Source: a bacterium (lineage in GTDB: Bacteria; SZUA-182; DTGQ01; JAFGSM01). From it: DNA of 46,070 nt. A program made the position numbers and the translations under genes. The notes beneath the pieces are model-generated. The model ran no database searches, had not been told where the DNA came from, and was given only the letters and a program-made list of their open reading frames with translations. Below, piece after piece: positions 1 through 9,345 of the stretch; the first letter of the stretch is position 1, and every line of letters starts with the position of its first letter. Where the stretch lies: the NCBI GenBank assembly GCA_049472335.1, contig JBLIRO010000041.1, positions 1 to 46,070 on the forward strand, read 5' to 3'.

Positions 1-222
1 TTCTCCCTTGTCCGCACCATGCATATAATCAAAGTAATCATTGGACAGATTGGTGCCTATCTGGATCATTACCGCTCCAAAGGCTGCGAAAAATGCAGAC
101 AGCCAGTGAACCTTTCCTGCGCCATAGGCCAGGGCAGTGCCTATAATCACGGGTGAGACGGCTGCCCATAATGTCTTTGGACGGCTGGCCATAATCCATA
201 TTTTTAATGTAGAGTTTTTCAT
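1..222 (-). CDS. menA: 1,4-dihydroxy-2-naphthoate prenyltransferase (5' part; runs off window edge)
   Basis: Not in ORF track. Manual translation from ATG at 222: MKNSTLKIWIMASRPKTLWAAVSPVIIGTALAYGAGKVHWLSAFFAAFGAVMIQIGTNLSNDYFDYMHGADKGE, with the MenA/UbiA motifs RPKTL and NDYFD..G.D; directly downstream of menB. Confidence 0.93.
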   Translation of the reverse strand, partial: MKNSTLKIWIMASRPKTLWAAVSPVIIGTALAYGAGKVHWLSAFFAAFGAVMIQIGTNLSNDYFDYMHGADKGE

Positions 223-227
223 GTTGT

Positions 228-1070
228 TTAAGGTTGTCTGGGAAACTTTGAAAAATCCGGCTTTCTTTTTTCCAGAAAGGCATCTCTCCCTTCCTGCGCC
301 TCTCCGGTTGTATAATATAACATGGTTGCACAACCTGCCAATTCCTGCAGTCCGGACTGTCCGTCACAGTCAGCGTTCAATGCCGCTTTTAAACAGCGGA
401 TGGCGGTCGGGGAATTGGCAAGGATCTCCCTGCACCAATTTATCGTTTCCTCTTCAAGCATATTTAAAGGGACAACCGCATTGACCAAACCCATCTCCAG
501 GGCCTGCCGGGCATTATACTGCCTGCAAAGAAACCAGATCTCCCTGGCCCTCTTCTGCCCCACAACCCTGGCCATATAGCTCGCTCCATATCCACCGTCA
601 AAGGAGCCTACCTTGGGTCCGGTCTGGCCGAAAACCGCATTGTCCGCGGCAATGGTAAGGTCGCACATCAGATGAAGCACATGCCCGCCCCCAATGGCAT
701 ATCCGGCAACCATGGCAATGACCGGCTTTGGGCAGGTGCGAATTTGACGCTGAAAATCCAGCACATTCAGCCGATGCACTCCCTTTTCATCCTTATAACC
801 CGACTCCCCCCGGATCCTCTGATCCCCCCCGGAGCAGAAGGCCTTTTCACCCTTCCCTGTCAGGATTATCACACCAATATCCGGATCTTCCCTTGCGACG
901 GCAAGGGCACGCGACATCTCCATTACGGTCAAAGGGCGAAAGGCATTTCTAACCTCAGGCCGGTTAATGGTTATTTTGGCAATCCCTTCCGCCTTGGCAT
1001 ATTTTATATCTGAAAATTTATCCATCTCAATCCATTTAATTGTATTCATTTTTTTGAATTCCTCTACCAT
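228..1070 (-). CDS. menB: 1,4-dihydroxy-2-naphthoyl-CoA synthase
   Basis: Crotonase fold with [33 protein letters not shown] and C-terminal [17 protein letters not shown]. Alternative start at 1049. Confidence 0.97.
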   Translation of the reverse strand: MVEEFKKMNTIKWIEMDKFSDIKYAKAEGIAKITINRPEVRNAFRPLTVMEMSRALAVAREDPDIGVIILTGKGEKAFCSGGDQRIRGESGYKDEKGVHRLNVLDFQRQIRTCPKPVIAMVAGYAIGGGHVLHLMCDLTIAADNAVFGQTGPKVGSFDGGYGASYMARVVGQKRAREIWFLCRQYNARQALEMGLVNAVVPLNMLEEETINWCREILANSPTAIRCLKAALNADCDGQSGLQELAGCATMLYYTTGEAQEGRDAFLEKRKPDFSKFPRQP

Positions 1071-1931
1071 TTAAAAAGCAACATCTTGGTTTTTAAAAAT
1101 GCGCACTTCTTTTTCAATGTTCCCCTTTAAAAAACCCTTGATCGATTCGATGAATATCCCCGGTTTTTCAAAGTGGATATTATGCCCGCATCCGGCTATG
1201 ATTTCCACCCTTGATTGCGGGCATGCCTGCTCCATACCATATGCAATGCTACTGAATTTGGTGTCCAGCTCACCAGCCAAAAAGAGCAAAGGCACCCTGT
1301 TATTCCTTAAATCCGCCCAGAGTGAGGCCTGTTTGCCGGTGCCCATATCACGCAGCGACCTGGCCAGCTCTCCCGGGACATTTTTCTTCCGTTTACACAA
1401 AAGGTCCTGAAAATCCGGATGTCCCCTTAAGGCCCCAAAAATAGACTGTAAATACCATTTATCAAGGAATTTATCGAACGGGGTTTTTCCCAACTCTGAT
1501 GCTATCTGATCATCGTGTGTGATTCTGACAACGCGCTCCGCCTTTTTCCTAAGACCCGGGGAAGCGGATTCAAGAACCCCCTTGCCAAACCTTTCGGGAT
1601 AATGCAAAATCAAATACAGGGCCAATCGTCCTCCCATGGAATAGCCAACAATGGCACATCTGCTTATACGCAACCCATCAATCAAACATATCACTGCCTT
1701 GGCGGTTTCAGGCATCCCATAGCCCCTTTTCCAATCCCTGATCCTGGTTTTTCCATGTCCCGGCAAATCCACGGTTATGCAGTAATAATTATCCATAAAT
1801 CCCCGGATGACCGCTGCCCAGTCATCCCCGTCTCCCATAAATCCATGTAAAAAGAGGATTGCATGATTGTTTGGATCTCCATAGGTCTTTATATGCCAAT
1901 AATCGGAATGATACAACATTACTTGCCCCAT
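1071..1931 (-). CDS. menH: 2-succinyl-6-hydroxy-2,4-cyclohexadiene-1-carboxylate synthase (alpha/beta hydrolase)
   Basis: LHGFMG, DLPGHG, GYSMGGRLAL nucleophile elbow, GHNIHFEKP; lies between menD and menB. Confidence 0.93.
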   Translation of the reverse strand: MGQVMLYHSDYWHIKTYGDPNNHAILFLHGFMGDGDDWAAVIRGFMDNYYCITVDLPGHGKTRIRDWKRGYGMPETAKAVICLIDGLRISRCAIVGYSMGGRLALYLILHYPERFGKGVLESASPGLRKKAERVVRITHDDQIASELGKTPFDKFLDKWYLQSIFGALRGHPDFQDLLCKRKKNVPGELARSLRDMGTGKQASLWADLRNNRVPLLFLAGELDTKFSSIAYGMEQACPQSRVEIIAGCGHNIHFEKPGIFIESIKGFLKGNIEKEVRIFKNQDVAF

Positions 1932-3688
1932 GAGCTCTCCAGAAAGGAGATGATCTTTCCGTCAAGCTCCTTATGAAACCGCTTATTTTCTTCCCTGTCC
2001 AGCCTGACCTCAATGATCGCAGTCTTTTCCCCTTTGATGGCAGCCCTGTAATCTTTGATAAATGCCCCGGGATCCCCTGGTTGAAAATAGGGGATATGAA
2101 AGAGCCTTGCTGCATCCTCGAAACAATAATCGTGGGGGGTCCCGAAATAGGTTTCGAAAACGTCCGTAAAATTCGAGATGGGCAGAAATGAAAAAATGCC
2201 GCTTCCCCTGTTGTTTATCACGATGATAATGACCTGCCGGTCCATACGCTCAAGGATCGAAAGGGAATTAAGATCATGGATGAAGGCCAGATCACCGATT
2301 ATCAGTGTCACAGGGCACTTCAATCCTCTGGCAAACCCGGCTGCAGTGGCGATATTCCCATCTATGCCGCTTGCTCCCCGGTTTGTCCCGATCCTGATCC
2401 ATGGACCGTCCGGATCGGAATACATATCCATATCCCGGATGGGCATGCTGTTTCCCAAAAACATTCCATGCCCTTCAGGGATGTTTTCTGAAACAAGCCT
2501 TGCAATAAGCATCTCGTTCAATATGCCTGAATCGAAGAGATAATCCCGGATGATCTTCCCGGTCCCTTTTGATAATTCATATAGATTTTGTTTCCAGCTT
2601 TCATCCGTGGCAGATCTCAGCCTTCCTTCCATTAGCGCTAAAACCTCACAGATATCCGCCTCGACCCTCCATTTGGAAGAATGTGAGGGATCCGAGCGTT
2701 CGGGATGATTTTCTATCACTATAAAATGGAAAGGCCTATGCGTGGAAACAAATTCCAAAAACCGTTTTGAGGTTGTGCGGGAGCCTGCCATAAGAATCAC
2801 ATCCAGATCGAGTTTCTTACATACCTTCCCGCTCAACAGCATCTGGTCAAAATATGCGAGGAGAAACCGATCCGGAAAGCCGATACGCAATCCGGAGGCA
2901 ATATCAGGATATACCGGCCACTTAAGCCGTACTGAAAGGCGCTTGACAGCCTCGATCTCCTCCTTTGTGTTCAATCTCCCGGCAACCAATAATCCCCTTC
3001 TGGCGGATGAGATGATCTCAACCATACGATTGATGGTCTCTTTATCAGGAGTCAATGCCGGCTTACTGAGGGTTGTGAAGGGTGTGTCACTCCCTTGCCA
3101 GGACAGGATCTTTTTCTGGTATCCCGGATTAATTTTCTTAGAAACAGGGGCAAGAGGCTCACGGAACATGCAATTTAAATGTACCGGGCCGGCTGGGCTC
3201 CTTCTTGCTTTATATACAAGCTGATCGATGGTGGTCAAAACCATGGAAGGCGGGATCTCATCATCCGGGCAGGGAAGATTAAACTGCCAGCGCACATACT
3301 CACCGTATATATTTGACTGTCGAATTGCCTGATTGGCCCCTGTCTCAAGCAGCTCAGGGGGTCGATCCGCTGTAAGAACTATCAGGGGAATACGATCCAT
3401 GGAGGCCTCTATTATGGCAGGATAGTAATTGGCCACCGCAGTACCTGATGTACAGATAAGCGCCGCAGGATTGCCGGTTGCTTTCGCATATCCGAGCGCA
3501 TAAAAGGCGGCTCCCCGTTCATCATAGAAAACGGTTGTTTTCGCCTTTACATTACGTGCCGCCGCCACAGTAAGCGGGGCTGAGCGCGATCCGGGAGATA
3601 TGCAGAAACAGGTGACTTGATTGCGAACAAGCTCCCCCACAACAAGGGAACTCCAGAGGATATTAAGGTTTTCGGCATTAGTGATCAC
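1919..3688 (-). CDS. menD: SEPHCHC synthase (ThDP-dependent)
   Basis: ISPGSRSAPL, DERGAAFYALG, CTSGTAVANYYPA, TADRPPEL, NRGASGIDG, GDLAFIHDLNSL...NNRGSGIF. Confidence 0.97.
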   Translation of the reverse strand: MITNAENLNILWSSLVVGELVRNQVTCFCISPGSRSAPLTVAAARNVKAKTTVFYDERGAAFYALGYAKATGNPAALICTSGTAVANYYPAIIEASMDRIPLIVLTADRPPELLETGANQAIRQSNIYGEYVRWQFNLPCPDDEIPPSMVLTTIDQLVYKARRSPAGPVHLNCMFREPLAPVSKKINPGYQKKILSWQGSDTPFTTLSKPALTPDKETINRMVEIISSARRGLLVAGRLNTKEEIEAVKRLSVRLKWPVYPDIASGLRIGFPDRFLLAYFDQMLLSGKVCKKLDLDVILMAGSRTTSKRFLEFVSTHRPFHFIVIENHPERSDPSHSSKWRVEADICEVLALMEGRLRSATDESWKQNLYELSKGTGKIIRDYLFDSGILNEMLIARLVSENIPEGHGMFLGNSMPIRDMDMYSDPDGPWIRIGTNRGASGIDGNIATAAGFARGLKCPVTLIIGDLAFIHDLNSLSILERMDRQVIIIVINNRGSGIFSFLPISNFTDVFETYFGTPHDYCFEDAARLFHIPYFQPGDPGAFIKDYRAAIKGEKTAIIEVRLDREENKRFHKELDGKIISFLESSWGK

Positions 3689-5069
3689 GTGTACAGAATA
3701 ATCGGGTAAAATTTAAGATCTTGTTCTCGTTTTCTTCCCATTCGGTTTCGGGTTGGGAACCCTGAACTATACCGGAACCGGCGAAAAGGGAAAGTGTCTT
3801 TTCCTTTGCAAGGGCAGAGCGGATTGCAACTACGAACTCCGAGGAATCTTTGCCTATCCAGCCAACCGGCCCCGCATACCATCCCCGTTGAAAGGGCTCC
3901 AGCTCTGTAATCTTTAACAAAGAATTCTCCCTGGGAAATCCGCCCACCGCCGGGGTCGGATGGAGCCCGGCAAGTATCTCCCCATCCCCGACCCTTTCTT
4001 TTAAAAGACACCGGAAACATGTATATAGATGCTGAACATGACCGAGTTTGAGCAATGTTTCCTTTTCCAGGACATCGATGGAACGGCAAAGAGGCTGAAG
4101 GCTGGATTCCATAATATCACTCACCCAGCGATGTTCCCGGAGGTCCTTATCACTTTCAAGAAGCTCATGACCAAGTCTTGAGTCCTCCTCCTCCGATTGG
4201 CCTCTGGGCCGTGTACCGGCTATCGCCTCACTGAATACATCTCTGCCGTTTCTTTTGTAAAGCCTTTCAGGAGTGATCCCCAGAAATGCATAATTTCTAT
4301 CCAGTTGGAAATAGAAATGGAACGTCTGAAAGTTATTGGCTGACAGGAGATGTAGTAATTTCACGGGATCGAGTTCTTCATCGAAAGTAAGCATAGATTT
4401 TCTTGCCAGAACGACCTTTTTTAACACACCCTGATCAAACAACTCCAGGGCCTTTTGAACATTTCCTTTCCACCCGCTCCAATCAGGAATATCCTTTCTG
4501 GAGAGTACACAGGGCAGATGATTGAAATCTACCTGCCGGGCAGGCAGAAGCTTTGAGAGACGCTGCCTGAGCGAAAGGAGTTGATGTTCCATATCCTCAT
4601 CCTCTGACAGCAAAAAATTGAAAGCCAGGCGTTGACCGTCACCCTCGGAAATCATCTCAAATTCGGGCACAAAAAACCGGTAAGCGGCAAATGGCGCCCA
4701 ATCCGCATCAGGAGACTGGGTCTGGTCGAACATGAAGCCCCCGAAATAACGTACATCCTTATCGGATACGGCCAATGATCCTTGAAGGGTATCAAAAAGT
4801 GCGGGATAGTCAATGCACCTATCCCCGGAAATGGTTTTTGCCTGGCCACAGCCCACAATTTCAATATGGCCGTGCCGGTCCTTCCAATATATCTTTTCCT
4901 TGAATGGCTGATGATACAGCCATTGAATAGGATCAACCCTTTCTATGGGGATTTCAATCCGCCATATTTTATCTTTCGTAATATTCGTAATGGTAGAGAA
5001 CTGGTTTTGGACTATTTTTTCAAAGATTTCATCTATTGACTTTTCAGCACATGCCTTAATCTCTTGCAA
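3678..5069 (-). CDS. menF: Isochorismate synthase
   Basis: Chorismate-binding domain: KVVLAR, TPERL, EAIAGT, KDLREH, LHPTPAVGG, RGWYAGPVGW, AIRSA, AGSGIV; first gene of the men operon; TTG start with AGAGG upstream. Confidence 0.93.
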   Translation of the reverse strand: MQEIKACAEKSIDEIFEKIVQNQFSTITNITKDKIWRIEIPIERVDPIQWLYHQPFKEKIYWKDRHGHIEIVGCGQAKTISGDRCIDYPALFDTLQGSLAVSDKDVRYFGGFMFDQTQSPDADWAPFAAYRFFVPEFEMISEGDGQRLAFNFLLSEDEDMEHQLLSLRQRLSKLLPARQVDFNHLPCVLSRKDIPDWSGWKGNVQKALELFDQGVLKKVVLARKSMLTFDEELDPVKLLHLLSANNFQTFHFYFQLDRNYAFLGITPERLYKRNGRDVFSEAIAGTRPRGQSEEEDSRLGHELLESDKDLREHRWVSDIMESSLQPLCRSIDVLEKETLLKLGHVQHLYTCFRCLLKERVGDGEILAGLHPTPAVGGFPRENSLLKITELEPFQRGWYAGPVGWIGKDSSEFVVAIRSALAKEKTLSLFAGSGIVQGSQPETEWEENENKILNFTRLFCTRDH

Positions 5070-5160
5070 ATCAAAATCCTCTTTAAAGATAAAAAAAGCT
5101 TTAAGAAAAGATATCGTAATAGATGATAATATGAATTATGGACTCTTTCAATACCTTATA

Positions 5161-6561
5161 TCAGGCACATTTAAATTTAAAAACCTGCCCGAAACGATCT
5201 TTAAAATTTTTGCTGCCTCCATAAATAATAAATCTGATTCTATTATAAAATTCACGTGCATCAATAGTCTGCAGACTATTATTGACTGATTCAGGATCAT
5301 CTTCACTGAAGATAGCATAGATTCTTTCTTCATTGAAAACGACAATTAAATCCTGCGCTGGTATTTTCGTAGGGAATCTACGTTTACTTTCAAATTGACT
5401 GAAACATAATAACCAACCCAAAGCAAGAATAAATGTATTAAACAGAAATAGAAATGAGATAAAAGACCATCCCTTTAGCGATATCATGATAAAAAACGAA
5501 ATAAATATCGTAGGGATTAATCCAAAAGCCCCTATATACCAAACCATTTTATTAAAAGTTCCTTTCTTAATGAATATTAATGAAGCAACAAAATAAAATA
5601 AAAAAAGAGAGTAAAATGGAATTTTGACCCAGAAATAACGTTTCGTAAAGAATAAAAACAACCCTATTGTAAATAGGCTTATCACAGAAGTTATCAAGGA
5701 TATTTTTAAACATCTCAATATATTCATAAATCGTCTCATATCGGAATAATCATTTTCATTTTTTTTGTCTTTATCCAAAAGGATATTTACTCCTTGAACA
5801 GTAAAATACTCATCCTTTAAGTCCTGGGTGGTTACTAAGCTATCATCAATATTGGGAAATGCATCTAACGCTGCTTTGTATTTTTTTAAAAAGAAATTTT
5901 TTCTAACTTTCATCTCATAATGTCGGGAATCCTTCCTCCGGCGCAAAAAGTATCGCGCCACAATTTTTCTCGCATAATTTATATCCGTATTCGCATTTAT
6001 TTTAAATAGAATATCCCTTGGATCATTAAAGTCGACATCGTGTAAAATCTCTTCATATCTTTTGGAAATGGATACAGTATCCGGAAGGTTAAAGTATATT
6101 TCAGGGCCACTTCCTTCATCACTATAAAATTTTTTACAATGCTTGTCGACGAGGTCTCTCACCTTATCTATATATTCCATCTTTGGATTAAAGGTTTGAA
6201 TGTCAGTAAATATATCCATTTCATTAATAATATCATTATATTTAAAAAATTCTTCAAAATTCTCCCGGGTATATTCTTTTCTTGTATACGAGCTATCAGC
6301 CATTTTTTCACAATAATTATATAAATCGTTAAAATCCTCTTCTGCATTATAATTATATAGATTTAACGCCTCAAGATATTCAAATAACGCAGATTTAACT
6401 TTTTCAAAATTTTTATATGATGTAAAATGCATTCGAGAGTCATTGATTTCCAATTTTCCTAATCCCATTAGTCTTTGCTTTTTAATTCCAACTTTTTCCA
6501 CTATAAGCGCTAGTTTCTCATTTAATCTTGTTTGATCAGCCGCATTGTCCAGTGTTTCCAT
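5161..6561 (-). CDS. Hypothetical membrane protein (large soluble N-terminal region, ~4 TM helices near C-terminus)
   Basis: 466-aa ORF in AT-rich DNA with GAGAGG RBS; four hydrophobic segments at about aa 285-390; no family recognised. Confidence 0.7.
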   Translation of the reverse strand: METLDNAADQTRLNEKLALIVEKVGIKKQRLMGLGKLEINDSRMHFTSYKNFEKVKSALFEYLEALNLYNYNAEEDFNDLYNYCEKMADSSYTRKEYTRENFEEFFKYNDIINEMDIFTDIQTFNPKMEYIDKVRDLVDKHCKKFYSDEGSGPEIYFNLPDTVSISKRYEEILHDVDFNDPRDILFKINANTDINYARKIVARYFLRRRKDSRHYEMKVRKNFFLKKYKAALDAFPNIDDSLVTTQDLKDEYFTVQGVNILLDKDKKNENDYSDMRRFMNILRCLKISLITSVISLFTIGLFLFFTKRYFWVKIPFYSLFLFYFVASLIFIKKGTFNKMVWYIGAFGLIPTIFISFFIMISLKGWSFISFLFLFNTFILALGWLLCFSQFESKRRFPTKIPAQDLIVVFNEERIYAIFSEDDPESVNNSLQTIDAREFYNRIRFIIYGGSKNFKDRFGQVFKFKCA

Positions 6562-6643
6562 TTTTATCCTCTCTTTATAATTGATTTTTCTATGAATATT
6601 AGTGGTATTTTGGTTATTTCATATAATTTGAAGCATACCTTTT

Positions 6644-7102
6644 CATACCAGTCTCTTGTCATAAATCAACATACGAATGAAAAGTTGGTCTTTGAAATTA
6701 AGCCTTTTATTGCCTGCTCAAGGGCCTTTTCTTGCTCTTCATTCCAGACCTCGTTTTTTTCTATAAGGGAAGCAGGAATCTCTCCCAGTAAAATATTATC
6801 TGCTTCCTTTATATGCCTTTTACGTTCCTTGTCAGAGACTCTCAGTGCATATCGATAGGAAACAATAAAGATATATGATGATAATTTGCATTTGCCCTTA
6901 AAATCCCTGAGGACTTTCTTGTCATTCTCAAGGAGATAAAGGATTACCTCTTGGAAGAGGTCCTCCCTGTCGATTCCGGTGCCTTTAATGTCAATGAGGT
7001 TCATTACATATCGTATGATCCCCCCCATATCTCTCAAAAAAAAATCCTTGTTGCCTGCAAATCTCCTTTAATAAATGATGCCGGGAGATTCAATCCTTTC
7101 AT
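6644..7102 (-). pseudogene. ECF-type RNA polymerase sigma factor, frameshifted and truncated
   Basis: ORF 6666-7037 contains a region-2 signature (DREDLFQEVILYLLEND..LRDFKGKCKLSSYIFIVSYRYA). An ATG overlapping the phosphatase stop gives MKGLNLPASFIKGDLQATRIFF*, broken at a T9 run and a G7 run. A further shift near 6705 restores the start of region 4 (RLNFKDQLFIRMLIYD), which then stops; the HTH is missing. Confidence 0.75.
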
Positions 7103-8742
7103 TCATGTTTTTCCAATAAAGCATCAATGGCATACTGTGACCATTCTGTAGTATGTATCAGCCTGCCAAATTTTTTTGTAACCTTTTCAGGCCCAAAGAC
7201 AATCAAAGGAACTGGTGTATTGGTGTGCATTCCCGTAGACCATACAACATTCTGTTGTTTTGCCACTATTCTGCCTAAGATGTCTTTACGTATGCTCTCA
7301 TTATTAACATAAAACTCTCTAAAATCATTAAGCCTACGAATAATGTTTAATCCATAGCAGGTATTGTAATTCCCATCATATTCCTTTTCTTCCCATGCTA
7401 ATATAGCACACGCCTCCTCTTCATTGATTGGGAATTCAGTGGCACTGTTTATAATTTTTGCCATAGCCTTGGGTGTTTTTTGCTCCTTTGGTAATGAATC
7501 GAATTCAATTATTATACTTTGATAACTCTTCTTCTGATTATATATCCTGTCCAATATATCATAACTTCCAAAGTTAAAACCCGGTGCAAATTTTTCCCCT
7601 TTAAAAATTTCTCCAGGAAAATCTTTGGATTCGGGGATATTTTCCCGTGAGTAACTGAAGCTAAAGCCACCAGTTTCATGATCTGCCGTTACAACCAGGA
7701 GCGTATCATTGCGGCCTTTCACCCACTCATATATAGAGTCAAGGGTTTCATCAAAACGTATCATTTCATGCAGCAGGGTCCCTGCATCATTATCATGGGC
7801 ACTCCAGTCAATGAGACCTGATTCGACCATTAAAAAGAACCCCTTTTTATTCATTGAAAGAATCTGCAATGCCTTTATGGTCATTTCTTTCAATGAAGGG
7901 ATAGTCCGTTTTGGATCGTTCAAATTAAAATCAATTCTGTAAGGAAAGACAGAGTCATTGAATAAACCCAATATCTTATTATTATTCGCTTGCTCTAACT
8001 GGTCTTTGGTAAAGACCAATATGTAACCAAGGTCTTCAGCTTCATCTAAAAGATTGCGGCTATCATTACGTTCTGATACAATTTTGATGGCATCACCCGT
8101 CCGTTTCTCGAATTGTTTTTGTATTTCATTGTTCTCATCATTAGCTTCTTTAGGGAGCCAATAGCATAATCCACCTGAAAGCATAACATCTACTTTGTTG
8201 TTTAAAAGATCCACGGCAATTTCATTCTCTTTAGACCGATGGGTTTGATGAGCAGCAAAGCTTGCAGGGGTAGCATGAGTGAGACGTGTATCAGAAACCA
8301 ATCCAGTAGACTTGCCCACTTTTTTTGCCTTTTCGAGAATCGTTTCAGCAGGATCACCATTTTGATTAATTCCTATTGTTTCCAATAAGGCTTTTTTCCC
8401 GCTTGCTATTTGCGTAGCTGAGGCTGCAGAATCAGTGACAAGAACATTCGCTGCCTCATGATAAGCATACCCCAGAGTACCGGCTTCTATTACTTTTTCT
8501 ATCGCCGTTATTCTTCCTTTGGATATATAAATGGAATGGGGGGCATATTTGGCATATGAAATTAGTAAACCAAGCTCTTGAGAGCCCATTCCATCCGCTA
8601 TCATTATAATCACATTTCTGATCCTGCCTGAATCTTTTTCTATTGCCAGGAGATCCTTTTTAAGGTTTTTATGACATCCAGGGAAACTTATGATGATAAT
8701 AAAAAAACATGCAAAAAATAATCGATGCATTCTCCTTTTCAT
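7099..8742 (-). CDS. Alkaline phosphatase (PhoA superfamily), probably a lipoprotein
   Basis: ADGMG, VTDSAASAT (catalytic Ser), THATPASF, ESGLIDWSAHDND, TADHETGG, HTNTPVP. N-terminal basic plus hydrophobic segment ending in FPGC (lipobox-like). ATG 8742 has a GGGGGG RBS; ORF track uses TTG 8751. Confidence 0.92.
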   Translation of the reverse strand: MKRRMHRLFFACFFIIIISFPGCHKNLKKDLLAIEKDSGRIRNVIIMIADGMGSQELGLLISYAKYAPHSIYISKGRITAIEKVIEAGTLGYAYHEAANVLVTDSAASATQIASGKKALLETIGINQNGDPAETILEKAKKVGKSTGLVSDTRLTHATPASFAAHQTHRSKENEIAVDLLNNKVDVMLSGGLCYWLPKEANDENNEIQKQFEKRTGDAIKIVSERNDSRNLLDEAEDLGYILVFTKDQLEQANNNKILGLFNDSVFPYRIDFNLNDPKRTIPSLKEMTIKALQILSMNKKGFFLMVESGLIDWSAHDNDAGTLLHEMIRFDETLDSIYEWVKGRNDTLLVVTADHETGGFSFSYSRENIPESKDFPGEIFKGEKFAPGFNFGSYDILDRIYNQKKSYQSIIIEFDSLPKEQKTPKAMAKIINSATEFPINEEEACAILAWEEKEYDGNYNTCYGLNIIRRLNDFREFYVNNESIRKDILGRIVAKQQNVVWSTGMHTNTPVPLIVFGPEKVTKKFGRLIHTTEWSQYAIDALLEKHE

Positions 8743-9095
8743 GACTCTCAACCCCCTTTATCGTTATTCATGAGTGTTAACAATACAATCCTCTCATCAT
8801 AATAATCACTTTATAATCATTTTTAAATGCTTCTCACTCTGATAATCTTTGATCCTTTATAATTTTTTCCCTTTATCTTATTAGAGCAATTCCTATATAT
8901 TTTCTTCCCGACTTTTTAGTTTGTAAAACCTTATTGATAATTTTTGTCGTGTCCTTCGTAAAAATTCATCTCTATTGAATTTATTGATATTTCTAGATTT
9001 ATCCGACTTAATTCCCAACCATTATGGATACGATATGAATATTTGAAGCACTTATATTAACTTGAGAGGGAAATCATTACTTTCTTAATGGATAA

Positions 9096-9284
9096 TTACT
9101 TCTTTGATCTTTTTATTGCTTTATCCATTAGTTTTGCTATTTCCTTAAATACCTTATCTACTTTATGACCGGCAATGAATACGGCTGATATAATAGCAAG
9201 AGCTATCAGACATGCAATCAGGGCGTATTCAATTGAAGCAACTGCATTCTCTTCCTTGAAAAATTTTTTAATCGTTTTTATCAT
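9096..9284 (-). CDS. Flp family type IVb pilin
   Basis: 62 aa; leader KKFFKEEN, then xxxIEYALIACLIALAIISAV with E+5/Y+6 Flp motif and hydrophobic helix. Confidence 0.85.
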   Translation of the reverse strand: MIKTIKKFFKEENAVASIEYALIACLIALAIISAVFIAGHKVDKVFKEIAKLMDKAIKRSKK

Positions 9285-9345
9285 TTTTTATTTTACTTAA
9301 ATTGTATTTCCCATTTAAAATCTTATTTTTATAAATTTCTTGAGA

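Noticed and set aside
8884..8900. Sigma-54 promoter upstream of alkaline phosphatase
   Set aside because: The -12 TTGCT is present but the invariant -24 GG is absent.
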